Origin: Squalus acanthias
Lineage: Eukaryota
Reading direction: 5' to 3'
NCBI GenBank assembly: GCA_030390025.1
Contig: CM059432.1
Coordinates: 42,286,001 to 42,350,000, forward strand
DNA: 64,000 nucleotides
Every line of letters begins with the position of its first letter. Position 1 is the first letter of the stretch. This document shows positions 1 through 12,078 of this stretch, in pieces. Made by a program: the position numbers and the translations under genes. The notes under the pieces were generated by a model. The model was not told the DNA's origin and made no database searches. It saw only the letters and a program-made list of their open reading frames with translations.

Positions 1-86
1 ACTGTGGATGCTGGAAATCTGAAATAAAACAGAAAATGCTGGAAATACTCAGCAGGTCAGGCAGCATCTGTGGATAGAGAAACAGA
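1..86. mobile_element. Left arm of a palindromic Penelope-derived pseudo-LTR element, split by a Harbinger insertion
   Basis: Positions 34-86 are the reverse complement of about 2544-2596. The uninterrupted junction GAGAGAAACAGAGTTAAC is present in a related copy at about 59074-59091. Confidence 0.8.
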
Positions 87-354
87 GGCCGGGATTTTAC
101 TTACCTGGGCGGGTCCGGTACGGGCCATGTCAGTGGCGGGTCGCGGCCCCCCTGCTGGCTCCATCCCGCTGGCCAAAATGAACTTCTGTTGATAGGGCTT
201 GTTAAGCCCACCGAGTGCGTTCCCCGGTCCAATTAGAGGAAGCTGGTCTGGTGACGTCATTGTTATTGCTAGGTTCTCCTTGCTGGTTAATCAAAATTTA
301 TATATATATATAAATCTTTCGTAGTTTCTCACTGGTAATTTTCCAGCCATTTTA

Positions 355-630
355 TAAGAACAGAGGGACAGGGGTAGATCATTCAGCCCCTTGAGAATGT
401 TCTGCCATTCAATCAGATTATGGCTGATCTGTACCTCAACCCCATTTCCCCGTCTTTGATCCATATCCCTTGATATCCTTACCTAACAAAATTCTATCGA
501 TCTCAGTCTTGAAAGTTTTAATTAACCCAGCATCCACAGCCTTTTGGGATACCGAGTTCCAGATTTCTACTACCCTTTCTATGAAGAAGCGCTTGATTTC
601 ACTCCTAAATGGCCCTGATTTAATTTTAAG
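355..630 (-). mobile_element. CR1 LINE 3' fragment
   Basis: Reverse complement of the CR1 RT C-terminus and 3' UTR seen in other copies (ATCAAGGGATATGG, GATCAGCCATAATCTGATTGAATGG). Confidence 0.8.
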
Positions 631-977
631 TTTATGTCCCTTTTTATTTTATATATATAGTATATTTTACTTACATTTGATCCATACATTCTCACCGGCC
701 GCGATTTTACTAACCTCGGCGGGTCCGTGGCGGGCGACATCGGTGACAGGACCCGACCCCGCTGCTGTCTCCATCCCGGCCTCTGAAATGAATTTCCTTT
801 GATTGGACTTGTTAAGCCCGCCCAATGCGTTTCCAGGCCAATTAGAGGAAGCCGGTCTGGTGACCTCATTTGATGATGCGCCATCAGCCGGTTTCCTTAA
901 AGGGACCATGCACAAATTTAGTTTGACATTTGTGCTGTCAGTGTTCTACAGCATTGAGGTGCTGCAAACACTGACAA

Positions 978-1205
978 TGACTGCACAGAGGTGCAGGGCT
1001 ACACCCAGGCTCTCCCATGACTTCCTCCATATGTGGGAGTCACAGGACGCAGGGAGGTCCTCTTCCCTTCCCATGGGCAGAGGAGACCTCCCTAGGAGAT
1101 CAACACAGCCTGGTTGCACATTGCAGAGAAGTGCACAAGCAGGGATGTCGTCAGGAGGAGCTGGGTGCAGTGCCACAAACGTTTCAATGATCTCAGTAGA
1201 TCACG
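978..1205 (+). pseudogene. Harbinger Myb/SANT-like DNA-binding protein remnant
   Basis: Frameshifted translation RATPRLSHD...WLHIAEKCTSRDVVRRSWVQCHKRFNDLSRS matches the W-x-x-IA...R-x-W-x-QC-x-K-x-FNDL pattern of the Harbinger second ORF. Confidence 0.7.
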
Positions 1206-2456
1206 AAATGTTACTGCAAAGCCACACTCAACCTCATCCTGTTGTGCCTCTCATCACATCCCCATCACTTTGCCTTTCCCACCCTACTCCTGCACATCCT
1301 TACTCACACCAATTTACCTTGGACCTCCACCCATCCCTCTCTCTCTCTATCTACATTATCACTTCCCCATCTCATTAGCCACCCCTCACACTCACCCTCA
1401 TCCTAGTGCAATCATACCAACTAACAACATACAAGGGTAGCCATTTGAGTGTTTTATCCAATGTTTATGTAAAGTTTGTATTAATGTGCTGTTAAACATT
1501 GAAATATTTATTTTCAACACTTTCCGTGGATAGATTTGTGTGCACCTTTGGAAGTGGCTTAGTGAGTTGTAGTGAATGGTGAGACAGAACGGCATCCCCT
1601 GCAATGGTGATGAGTGTGAAAGGAATGGGTTGGATATTGTAGGGATGCTTTATGGTGTTGGTGTGGGGTGGTGCCAACCTGGTGCATCATGTGGCAGCCA
1701 GGGTGTACAGCGTCAAGTGAAGTAAATCTGGCCATGATGAGGCCATCCCTGGCCTCCAGGGCAGCAATGTGCTTGGGTGCTGATGCCCTCTGTTCTGTGC
1801 AGCATCAGGTGATTGTGGAGAAGGTTGATGTTGTTATTGGTGCTGCTGGTGTGCCTGGTACTGCTGGTGTTGGGGCTCATCGTGGTCCAATTCTGAGGAC
1901 CAAGGTGAGACTGTATAAATGGCACCCATGTTGATGGAATAGATGGCAGGTGAAGTACAGATGACAGAAGTGATCTGTCAATGGTGAGAGAGGTAATGAG
2001 GTGAGACTGGATGGAAACTTTGATGGAAACACTTGCAGCCTACTGATTCTGTTGTGGAAATGCAGTGAGGAGAAGCTTGTGGCTGAGGAGAGTGATCATC
2101 TGTCAGGTGGGAGCTTTTACTGTACATTTGAAGCTGTCAAGGAATCAGCTGGAGCAATGGCCACTGAACTCCTGCCTCAGATTGACAGACATGGTCCCCG
2201 AACAGCGTGGTTCCCATGGCCATGAAGTTAAAGTTAAAAAGTAAGTTAAAAAAGCCTGTTAAGTAGATTATAATGAGTTTAATTGGGTCACCTGCAGCTG
2301 CCTGTCGGGTCTGCTCAGCGGTGACAGACGTGCCATTGGGAAAGGTGCGTTCCGGCGGGATGACAGCAGCTTCCCACCCGGTGTCAATAAAAAACACTTT
2401 CCCACCCGACCTGCCACCGATCTCGCCCGCTGACACCCCGGATAATTCCGGCCAGA

Positions 2457-2491
2457 GTTAACGTTTCAGGTCGATGACCTTTCGTCAGAAC
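2457..2491 (-). ncRNA. Minimal type I hammerhead ribozyme (Penelope-type)
   Basis: Minus strand reads GUU-CUGACGA-A-AGGUC-AUC-GACCU-GAAA-CG-UU-AAC: intact core, 5-bp stem II and a palindromic minimal stem III. Confidence 0.8.
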
Positions 2492-2505
2492 GGTCAACGT
2501 TCGTT

Positions 2506-2542
2506 AGTTCTGACGAAGGGTCATCAACCTGAAACGTTAACT
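2506..2542 (+). ncRNA. Minimal type I hammerhead ribozyme (Penelope-type)
   Basis: Plus strand reads AGUU-CUGACGA-AGGGUCAUCAACCU-GAAA-CG-UU-AACU. Stem II has a mismatch relative to the partner copy. Confidence 0.75.
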
Positions 2543-2821
2543 CTGTTTCTCTCTCCACAGATGCTGCCTGATCGGTTGAGTATTTCCAGCATTTTGTGTT
2601 TTTATACCACAATATGTATGGTGAGTTCCATTTCTAAATAGTTTTTCTTTCCAATATTCTCCCTTAACTCCTCCTTGCCTGAAAGGGGTGGGTCACATTG
2701 CAGTCTAATTCTCTGGGTGCCAGCAGCATTTTGGTAGTATTCTTCCTGTGCAAGCCTAGACAATGGGTGACCATGAGGGGCATCACAGCTATTCTTAATC
2801 TCACCCTTGTCTGACATCCAC

Positions 2822-2925
2822 TCATAGGAACTTAGAAACATAGGAACAGGCTCGAGGGGCTCAATGGCCTACTCCTGTTCCTATGTTTCTAAGTTCAATG
2901 AGATCATGGCTGATCTGCGACCTCG
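2822..2925 (-). mobile_element. CR1 3' tail fragment with an internal inversion forming a perfect hairpin
   Basis: 23-bp perfect inverted arms at 2828-2850 and 2874-2896 flank an inverted 23-nt loop of CR1 3' UTR. Confidence 0.75.
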
Positions 2926-3020
2926 GGTAGATGCCAGTATTGTAGCTGTACTGGAACAGCTTGGCTAGAGGCATGGCTAGTTCTGCAGCACAAGTCTTCA
3001 GCACGACAGCCGGGATGCTG
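2926..3020 (-). mobile_element. Fragment of the same LINE family as 10023-14846
   Basis: Reverse complement matches about 12625-12718 (TCAPELA...KLFQY...TGIYP region). Confidence 0.75.
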
Positions 3021-6000
3021 TTGTAATTCTACTAAACTGAGGCTTATATTAACTTATAGGAGAACACATATCAGAAATATCCACCTGAAACTTCACCATA
3101 TTTAGAATTTAAACATTTCCCCCCCCCCCCTTTTGCTGTTAATTTAAAGTTTGCTGCAGCATGTGATCAGTGATCATTTGAACTTGCTGCATCACTATAT
3201 TGTAATGGAGACATATAACACTTCAACACACCTTTTTCTTTTACTGGTTTTACAGCCAATTGCATGTTTCAGATCACTCTCCCATATTTACACGTGCACA
3301 CAGAGCTGTTTATTTTTATATCAGGTGCTGTGCAGAAATGGAGCCGGTGAATCTGGCAGCTCTTCCTCAGTCCCACAATGAAGTGAGCCTCCACTGCCAA
3401 CACAACAAAGGAAGTCAGGTAGTTTATATTACTAAGTAAAGCCAGCAGCACGAGAATGCACATATGCCACTGGCTGCAATTTAAAAATGTAAACGTACCA
3501 TATATTACAGAGTTGCCTCCAGTGCTGCGAAAATCACTGTCAGAGGCATGCTGTTGTATCAATGATCTGATGTTCTTGCTGTCACATAGTAAAACCCTCC
3601 TGGAGAGGAGGTTTCACTTCCTGTCTCCAATCAAAGGCGCCACTGGTAGGAGCTGTTTAGTTTTGTTGCCAATAGAGATAAAAATTTCAGAATCACTCAT
3701 TTAAAATAATGAGCTCGTCGCACAATTACTCGATAAAAAGAGCTGGCTTACTCTTGAAAGTACAAACGTAAAAAAAAAAAACCCATTGTATTCTGGGGTT
3801 GACTTTCAGGACCAGACTCCTGATACTGGTTTAATGGATGAGACTGATAATTGAGGAGACAATAGCTGAGATTGTCAGTGGTTGTGCCGCTTTAAGTGTG
3901 GCAGAGCAGGAATCCCACCCACCCACTTTCATGCTGCCAAGTTTGCTGGGCTCAGCCCCCAATTTAAATATTCTCGGCAGGTTCCCAACGAGGTTTCCGC
4001 TTATGCTGGGGAGCCTCCACAGGGTCGGGGGGGAGGGGAGGGGAGGGATGGGTGGGGAGCAGTGGTTGTGTTTGAAAATCCCTGATAATGCAGGGGTCTG
4101 CTGCCTGCAGTTGCTAGAGTGGCTCCTTTCTGCAGGCCAGGGAAACATTCAATAACATGGGCTTTTATATCAGGGTTGAAGGTAATCATAATGCAGCCAG
4201 TTAGCAGTACATTCCAATTCATCATTTACGATATTTGAATTCATATCAACTGAAATTTCTTTTACAAATTTTCTCATAAAGCTTGCTGTTTCTCTGTAAT
4301 ATGTTGTGCAACAAATCCTGAGATCACAGTCATTCAAATCATTTAGTCCAATTGCAATTTGGCTCAAATGAGCAGCTTTGACAACTCCTCTGGCAAAAAA
4401 AAAATCTCATAATGGAATAAAACTCCCCGCAAACCACAGACTTCACCTGTATACATCATATAAAGGCTGATAATACAATGGCAGGTGCCTGAAGTACTGA
4501 AATGTAATGGGGGCTTTCATTTAAATTAGGTAGTTGTTCTATAATGTGGCTGGAGCGCATGAGTATTGAAGAGTAAACTACATTACAACAAATGCCTACC
4601 CCTCCTGAAACGTTGTATATTTATCATGTGATTTGTACATAAAACCTGAGGCTCACATTTTTCAATGATCCCCTTTTGTGAACGATCGGTTAAGGATGTT
4701 CTAAACTAGGGTGCAACGTTGGGCCTATGAGCATGAAAGTATTAATGGGGCATCGCCATCCCTGAGAAGTTGTACAGAAAATTTATCTCGCTATTCTGAG
4801 AGTTGTATGTTTCTGTTTGTTTCGGAATACTCTGTTATACAATGTCACTGCTCCTTGACCCTGGCCCTGTGCCCAATACCCCTCCAGTCCTGCTAGGAAC
4901 AGGCAGCCAGCAGTCGTTTACTGGTTCTGGGCGCCTGACACTCTTGGTGCATCATCGCCATGTACCCGGAGTGCCTGAAAATATGCAAATGTGCTGACCT
5001 CATATTATTTGCTGAAATCAGCTCATTTAGACACAGAGGCACATAGTATCTGCACAGCACCAGTGGCACAGGTGCACAGGTTGCATTATCGGCCTCATAG
5101 AACAAGTTTGAAAATATTAAAGTTAAAAATAAGGGAACCCAGAGTACTGCTTCAAATAATTTATGTATGATAGAAATAACAGAGAACCAAGTACTGAATT
5201 TGGAGAAAACGATCTTTTTGAATCAATCTGGTAAGAATGATCTAAACCAGGGTATAACTTTGGACTCACATGTTAAATGGACATTGCTATTCCTGAAAAG
5301 TTGTACACCGTTTCTCACTGTTTTGAGAGTTGGACATTTCAGTTCATCCCAGAAACTGATCTGCCTGAAAACTCTCTAACACAATAACATTGCCGCTTTA
5401 AGCACAGTGCTATATTACCAGTTGGATACAGTCAACAAAATGTTTACCAAGTTACCCAGACACAATTCAAAGGTAGTAGAATAGGATATCATAACTGACA
5501 TATTCTCTAATTGTTCAGCTTCCTTTATTGGTATAATCTTTCTTGATATATAGGGAATCCCCAGAGCATACCATGGCAGTGATGTATGGTGTGTGCTGTT
5601 AGCTCTGGGCTCTGGCCGAGTTAAAATTCTATCAACTGCTAACAATTCCACGCGTCCAGTCAATACCACTAATTTTTATAACCAATTACAAAGCAATTTT
5701 AACTTTACATCATTGTAAAAAGATAATTATTACTTCAGACAACACAAATAAAGCCAATGTGTCCCACACAAAGTGAACTTCCTGCTGAAATCAATAGTTC
5801 TATGCTTCACAGTAATCTTACGTAAAGCAAGAAAAAGAGAAAGTCATGCTAATGTGTGGGTCAGTCACTGTCTGAATCCACAGTGCCCTTCAGAGGCTTG
5901 AATAATCAGTCTTGTGATGAGGCACTTATGACTGAGAGGTTGTAATTTATTGGTAAATAATTTATGCCATGATTAGACTGGGAACAAGGCTAACCTGGGT

Positions 6001-6262
6001 GACTGAACTAATATACTACCGAGATTTATCACCTCTAATGTGCCTATTGCAGACCAGTGACAAAGCTTCACACATGCAACTTCATTTTATGATTTTGCTT
6101 TAATTCCTCTGCAGTTGCTCAGGCTTGTTCAACAAATCATATTTCAATAATCTGATATGAAGCTACAAAATAAGGAATTTAAAAATAAATCCCAGTCTTA
6201 CCTGAAAGAACATCTAATAGTTTAATAAGTTTACGCTGAATATAATGCAGTTCTTGTATATA

Positions 6263-7199
6263 GTAGTTTGCTGATGATACAAAGCTGGGTGGGAATGTAA
6301 GTTGTGGGGAGGATGCAAGGAGGCTTCAAGGGGATATAGACAAGCTAAGTGAGTGGGCAAGAACATGGCAAATGGAATATAATGTGGAGAAATGTGAAGT
6401 TATCCACTTTGGTAGGAAAAATAGAAAAGCAGAGTATTTTTTAAATGGTGAGAGATTGAGAAATGTTGGTGTTCAGAGAGACCTGGTTGTCCTTGTACAC
6501 AAATCACTGAAAGTTAACATGCAGGTACAGCAAGCAATTAGGAAAGCAAATGGTATGTTGGCCTTTATTACAAGAGGATTTGAGTATAAGAGTAAAGACG
6601 TCTTACTGCAATTATATAGGGCCCTGGTGAGACCATACCTGGAGTATTGTGTACAGTTTTGGTCTCCTTACCTAAGGAAGGATATACTTGCCATAGAGGG
6701 AGTGCAATGAAGGTTCACCAGACTGATTCCTGGGATGGGGGGGTTGTCCTATGTGGAGAGATTGAGTAGATTGGGCCTATATTCTCTGGAGTTTAGAAGA
6801 ATGAGAAGTGATCTCATTGAAACATACAAAATTCTTACAGGGCTTGACAGGGTAGATGCAGGGAGGTTGTTTCCCCTGGCTGGGGAGTCGAGAACCAGGG
6901 GTCACAGTCTCAGAATAAGGGGTCGGCCATTCAGGACTGAAATGAGGAGAAATTTCTTCATTCAGAGGGTGGTGAACCTTTGGAATTCTTTACCCCAGAG
7001 GGCTGTGGAGGCTCAGTCGTTGAGTATATTCAAGACAGAGATCGATAGATTTTTGGATATTAAGGGAATCAAGGGATATGGGGATAGTGCAGGAACATGG
7101 AGTTGAGGTAGAAGATCTGCCATGATCTTATTGAATGGCGGAGCAGGCTTGAGGGGTCAAGTGGCCTACTCCTGCTCCTATTTCTTATGTTCTTATGTT
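6263..7199 (+). mobile_element. 5'-truncated CR1 LINE (RT C-terminal half and 3' UTR)
   Basis: Translates as FADDTKLGG...MEYNVEKCEVIHFGRKN...LEFRRMR...VVNLWNSLP, with one stop at 6708-6710 and a (TTCTTATG)n tail. Confidence 0.95.
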
Positions 7200-7902
7200 A
7201 AGATTACAACTCACAAACCATGTGATCGATTTCGACCCCTTCCATTAGCAGAGGTGTTGTAAATGAAAGAATAATAATAATAATAATGTCTTTGGTGCAA
7301 GGGAGCTGATGCTGGCTGCACACAAGCACCCGACACACCAAACATAATGAATTTATTCGAATTATATCTGATCCATAAGACATCCAACATAGCCCAGCTA
7401 TTCAATCGGGAAGTGCCAAACCAGTGAGTATCTGATTCCAATTAGTTCCAAGTCCAAGAATAGAATGAGGCATGACTTTGATTAATCTTTAATATATATT
7501 CAACTGCATGATTAGTTTCTAGATAACCTTTCCTGCATTGTCATACATTACGCAACATAGTCTCAAACTTACATATAGTTATGTCCATGCAGACCAGGAG
7601 CTCTTGTTCTTTTGGAGACGGTCATCTCCTGGCATGCCGCTAGCTTCTTTTGTCCAATGACAGTGATTTTAGCTATCGTCTTCGTGCTTTTATAATCCAC
7701 TTGTTTACAACTAGTTTTCTCCTTTATCTTGTTTTAACCATGCTCAAGGTCTTTTTACTTATTACTTTTCAGCAGTCCATTATTTTCAATCTCATTGGTG
7801 CCATTACAACCGCAGCCCACATCCTTATTTTGCAGGCATGTACATTTTAATTGGCATGGGCATTTAACTCTTTCCCATGTAGTTCAAATTTACAGAAACT
7901 TA

Positions 7903-8822
7903 GGCCCATGAATTTTGATCGGGAGGGGGGTTGGGAGCAGGGGTGCTTGGAAGCGGTCGGGACACCCAGGAGAATGACAGGGCCTGATTTGCATTGGTAA
8001 CCTCTGTTCCCTGGGTTGTTGGAACCAATCGGAGGAGTTGGGAGGGGCGGGGGAGGTGGGGGTTGGGACTGATCGGAAGAGCAGGGGGGTGGTCGGGACC
8101 GATCGGAGGGCCGAAGAGCGGGGGTTTTCAGGACTGATCGGCAGCCAGAGGAGCAGGCGGGGGGTTGGGGGGGGGGGGGAGCGGGGTGGTGTCAGGAGAG
8201 CATAAGAGGGCCGGAGGAGCAGGAGAGCTGGGTGCGGTGGTGGGGAGGCGGTGAGCATTGGAGGGTCAGGCGCAGCAGCTCGGGGGCGGGGGGGGCAAGG
8301 AGCAGCATGGGGGGCCAGGAGCAGCAGACTGGGGGGCCAAGAGCTGCATGGGTGGGGAGGAGGCCTCATGGGGGGGGGAGATCAGAGGCCTGCAGAGGGA
8401 ATTGGAGGCCTAGGGAGATCAGAGGCCTCGTGAACGGGGGGGGGGGGTCTCCGATCACGGGGGGGGGGGGCCAGGGGGGGTGGGTTAGGCAGGGACGCTG
8501 GAGCCAGGAGGTAAGTGTAAAGGCACGTACCTCTTGGATCACCTTACTAAAGCTGGCGGGTTTCACGAGGCCTGCAAAACCAGACCAGCTACAGTTAAAT
8601 TTTAAATGGAGGTTAAATCTGAGGCATGCCAGCCTCATTATAATATTTAAATGGCAGACCTGCCTCCTGGTAATGGGTTGGCTGCCCTGCCCCTCATCCC
8701 GCCTCCGTTTAAACCGGAAGTGGGCGGGTTGGAGGCAGGTTCTGGTCGGGATTCAGACTTTTCACACTGTAACTTCCCACCCGACCCCAACCCATCCATT
8801 TTTTAGGGTTAAAATTCCCCCC
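7903..8822. mobile_element. Harbinger-type MITE with a G-rich interior
   Basis: TTA flanks both ends (7900-7902 and 8823-8825). TIRs are of the GG...GAATTTT / AAAATTCCCCCC type. Homologous to 18209-20667. Confidence 0.75.
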
Positions 8823-9084
8823 TTAATTTTAGTTATTGTAGCACAATGATTCGTAATAAACATGTAAATATAATATATACAAGAGAGGCACAGGATATAT
8901 TTTTGTGGAACATGGTTAGGAGGGATTAGGGATTTTATGAACGCTCCAATGGAAGTACTCATGATTATTTTAAAACATTGTGGCCTCAGGGAAGCCATGG
9001 CCCAGCATTGCTGATAATATCATCTTTGAGACACTTTCCTTATTCAGGATGTCTAGCGAGTTTTAACCCTTCCTCGTCCAGGGA

Positions 9085-9230
9085 CACTGAGACCAATAGT
9101 AGCTCTTCTCCAGCTGCCCCAGTTAAGAAAAGCTAACTCAGCACAGACCAGAGACTGAACCCTGGGCTTTCTTGCTCTGCATGGCTCAGTTTCAAATCGG
9201 GAGCTGTAATTACCAACTGAACCATTACGG
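9085..9230 (-). mobile_element. Degenerate tRNA-derived SINE fragment
   Basis: Shares GCTAACTCAGCACAGACCA with 46190-46434. A B-box-like GGTTCAGTC lies on the minus strand. Confidence 0.55.
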
Positions 9231-10032
9231 AGCTAAAGAGGAGCCTTTTTGAATATAACCTAAATTTCTGGAGAGCAATAGAATCAAAAATGTGTTCCCT
9301 AGATGGAGAGACAACTCACATTATATAAACTGATCAATACAAACATCCTTTGGCTAAAAATATTGAACTGTCTCATCCTGACAGCTAATTGCACGCTCTC
9401 TGTCACTGGCACGAAACCCATGATAAATAGAGTGTGATTCCTCCGTAATGTTTAAGGGTCTGAGTGCACACCACAATAACAAGTGCCTTTGTTATTTATT
9501 CAATACAGTTTTTTTGTTTCCCATTGCACAGTTTACTGCTAACCAGGCACATCTGCTCAGCACAAGTCACTGTGGAAGTGTTTTGTCCTTTCTGACTTAT
9601 GTATCCTCTTGTAGTTTGGTTGCAATGAATATGAATTCATGATTTGAATATTGACAGTGAATATTTAAATTTGGTTCAAATGTTTGCAAAAATTAACCCT
9701 GATGCATATGTTAATCCATGTAGCTGCATAATGCTTTTCTGAAAGGACGTGCCAGTTATCTGAATAAAATGATACAACTGTGCACGCCACATGACCTTGG
9801 TATTGCAATGCCAAGGAACACTGCTACAATTATGAGTCACCTTCTTGTAAGTGTGTTCCTCTTGAAGGCCAGTTCCTTGTTAAAAAAAATGCATGGGGTG
9901 TGCTCCCATCCCATCTGTTTATAAACAGTTTTTGAATTTTGGGCTTTTGTTAAATGTTTGTTGATTTTTTATTCCTGTACGAAAAAGTTCTAAACCCCAA
10001 TGCCCTTACAGCAGACTCATTTGAGGGAACGG

Positions 10033-10106
10033 TAGGGTAGTGGTAATGTCACTGGGCTAGTAATCCAGAGGCCTGGACTAATGATCCGGAGACGTGAGTT
10101 CAAATC
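10033..10106 (+). promoter_or_regulatory. Pol III type-2 internal promoter (A and B boxes) of the LINE's SINE-like head
   Basis: A-box-like TAGGGTAGTGG at 10033-10043 and B-box GTTCAAATC at 10098-10106. Confidence 0.65.
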
Positions 10107-10353
10107 CCACCACGGCAACTGGGCAATTTAAATTCAGTTAATTAAATAAATCTGGAATAAAAAGCTAGTATCAGTAATGGTAACCATGAAACTACCGGAT
10201 TGTTGTAAAAACCCATCTGGTTCACTAATGTCCTTTAGGGAAGGAAATCTGCTGTCCTTACCTGGTCTGGCCTATATGTGACTCCAGACCCACAGCAATG
10301 TGGTTGACTCTTAACTGCCCTCTGAAATGGCCTAGCACGTCACTCAGTTGTAA

Positions 10354-11220
10354 CTAACCGCTACAAAACACAATAATAAGAATGAAACCAGACGGACCAC
10401 CCGGCATCGACCTCGGCACCGGCTACAGACATGGCAACGACACATCCAGCCCAGTCGACCCTGCAATGTCCTCCTCACCAACATCTGGGGATTTGTGCCA
10501 AAATTGGGAGAGCTGTCCCATAGACTAGTCAAGCAACAGCCTGACATAGTCATACTCACAGAATCATACCTTTCAGCCAATGTCCCAGACTCCTCCATCA
10601 CCATCTCTGGGTATGTCCTGTCCCGCTGGCAGGACAGACCCACCAAAGGTGGTGGCACAGTGGTGTACAGTCAGGAGGTAGCAGCCCTGGGTGTCCTCAA
10701 CATTGACTCCAGACCCCATGGGCAAGGAAACCTCCTGCTGATTACCACCTACTGCCCTCCCTCAGCTGATGAATCAGTACTCCTCCATGTTGAACACCAC
10801 TTGGAAGAAGCACTGAGAATAGCAAGGGCACAGAATGTACTCTGTGTGGGGGACTTCAATGTCCATCACCAAGAGTGGCTCGGTAGCACCACTACTGACC
10901 GAGCTGGCCGAGTCCTGAAGGACATAGCTGCCAGTTTGGGCCTGCGACAGGTGGTGAAAGAACCAACACGAGGGGTAAAACCTACTTGACCTCGTCCTCA
11001 CCAATCTACCTGTCGCAGATGCATCAGTCCATGACAGCATTGGCAGCAGTGACCACCGCACAGTCATTGTGGAGACAAAGTCCCGTCTTCACACTGAGGA
11101 CACCCTCCATCGTGTTGTGTGGCACTACTACCGTGCTAAATGGGATAGATTCAGAACAGATCTAGCAGCTCAAAACTGGGCATCCACGAGGCGCTGTGGG
11201 CCATCAGCAGCAGCAGAATT
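10354..11220 (+). pseudogene. Apurinic-like endonuclease (APE) domain of the LINE ORF
   Basis: The frame opens after TAA 10351-10353 with an Arg-rich leader, then VLLTNIWG...PDIVILTESYL...VGDFNVHH. After a frameshift near 10975 it continues LLDLVLTN...SSDHRTV. Confidence 0.85.
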
Positions 11221-11224
11221 GTTT

Positions 11225-12078
11225 TAGAAACATAGAAACATAGAAAATAGGTACAGGAGTAGACCATTCGGTCCTTCGAGCCTGCACCGCCATTCAATGC
11301 GTTCATGGCTGAACATGCTACCTCAGTACCCCATTCCTGCTTTCTCGCCATACCCCTTGATCCCCTTAGTTGTGAGTGTTATATCTAACTCCCTTTTGAA
11401 TATATTTAGCGAACTGGCCTCAACAACCTTCTGTGGAAGAGAATTCCATAGATTCATCACTCTCTGGGTGAAGAAGTTCCTCCTCAGCTCAGTCCTAAAT
11501 GGCTTCCCCTTAATCCTTAGACTGTGACCCCTGGTTCTAGTTTTCCCTACCATTGGGAACATTCTGCCCGCATCTAATTTGTCTAAACCAGTCAGGATTT
11601 TAAATGTCTCTATAAGATCCCCCCTCATTCTTCTGAACTCCAGAGGATACAAGTTCAGTTGACCCAATCTTTCTTGATATGTCAGTCCGGCCATCCCAGG
11701 AATCAATCTAGTGAACCTTCGCTGCACTCCCTCAATAGCAAGAATGTCCTTCCTTAAGTTAGGAGACCAAAACTGCGCACAATACTCCAGGTGTGGCCTC
11801 ACCAAGGCCCTGTACAACTGTAGCATCACCTCCCTACTCCTGTACTCAAATCCCCTTGCTATGAAGGCCATCATTCCGTTTGCTTTCTTGACTGCCTGCT
11901 GCACTTGCATTCCCACCTTCAGTGACTGATGTACCATGACGCCCAGGTCTCGTTGCACGTCCCCTTTCCCTAATCTGCCACCATTCAGGTAATAGTCCGC
12001 CTCTCTATTTTTACCACCAAAGTGGATAACCTCACATTTATCCACATTGTACTTCATCTGCCATACATTTGCCCATTC
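11225..12078 (-). mobile_element. 5'-truncated CR1 LINE inserted into the SINE-headed LINE
   Basis: Open RT C-terminus EWANVWQMKYNVDKCEVIHFGGKN...KGYGEKAGMGY, with a (TTTCTATG)n tail at 11225-11245. Confidence 0.95.

Larger units (their letters stand above)
87..2453 (+). mobile_element. Non-autonomous PIF/Harbinger DNA transposon carrying a Myb/SANT-like remnant
   Basis: TIRs are GGCCGGGATTTTAC (87) and GATAATTCCGGCC (ends 2453). The 3-bp TSD AGA lies at 84-86 and 2454-2456. The interior is homologous to 47991-49814. A second left-end copy starts at 697. Confidence 0.85.
2454..2602. mobile_element. Centre and right arm of the palindromic Penelope-derived element
   Basis: 2457-2491 is an inverted repeat of 2507-2541. 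The right arm mirrors 34-86. Confidence 0.8.

Noticed and set aside
803..1378. 191-aa ORF, and its 193-aa counterpart at 48155-48736, as a novel conserved gene
   Set aside because: The two ORFs switch frames relative to each other and to the Myb-like motif. They are frameshifted Harbinger remnants.
7890..8849. Long Pro/Gly-rich ORFs (159-205 aa)
   Set aside because: By-products of G-rich low-complexity MITE sequence.
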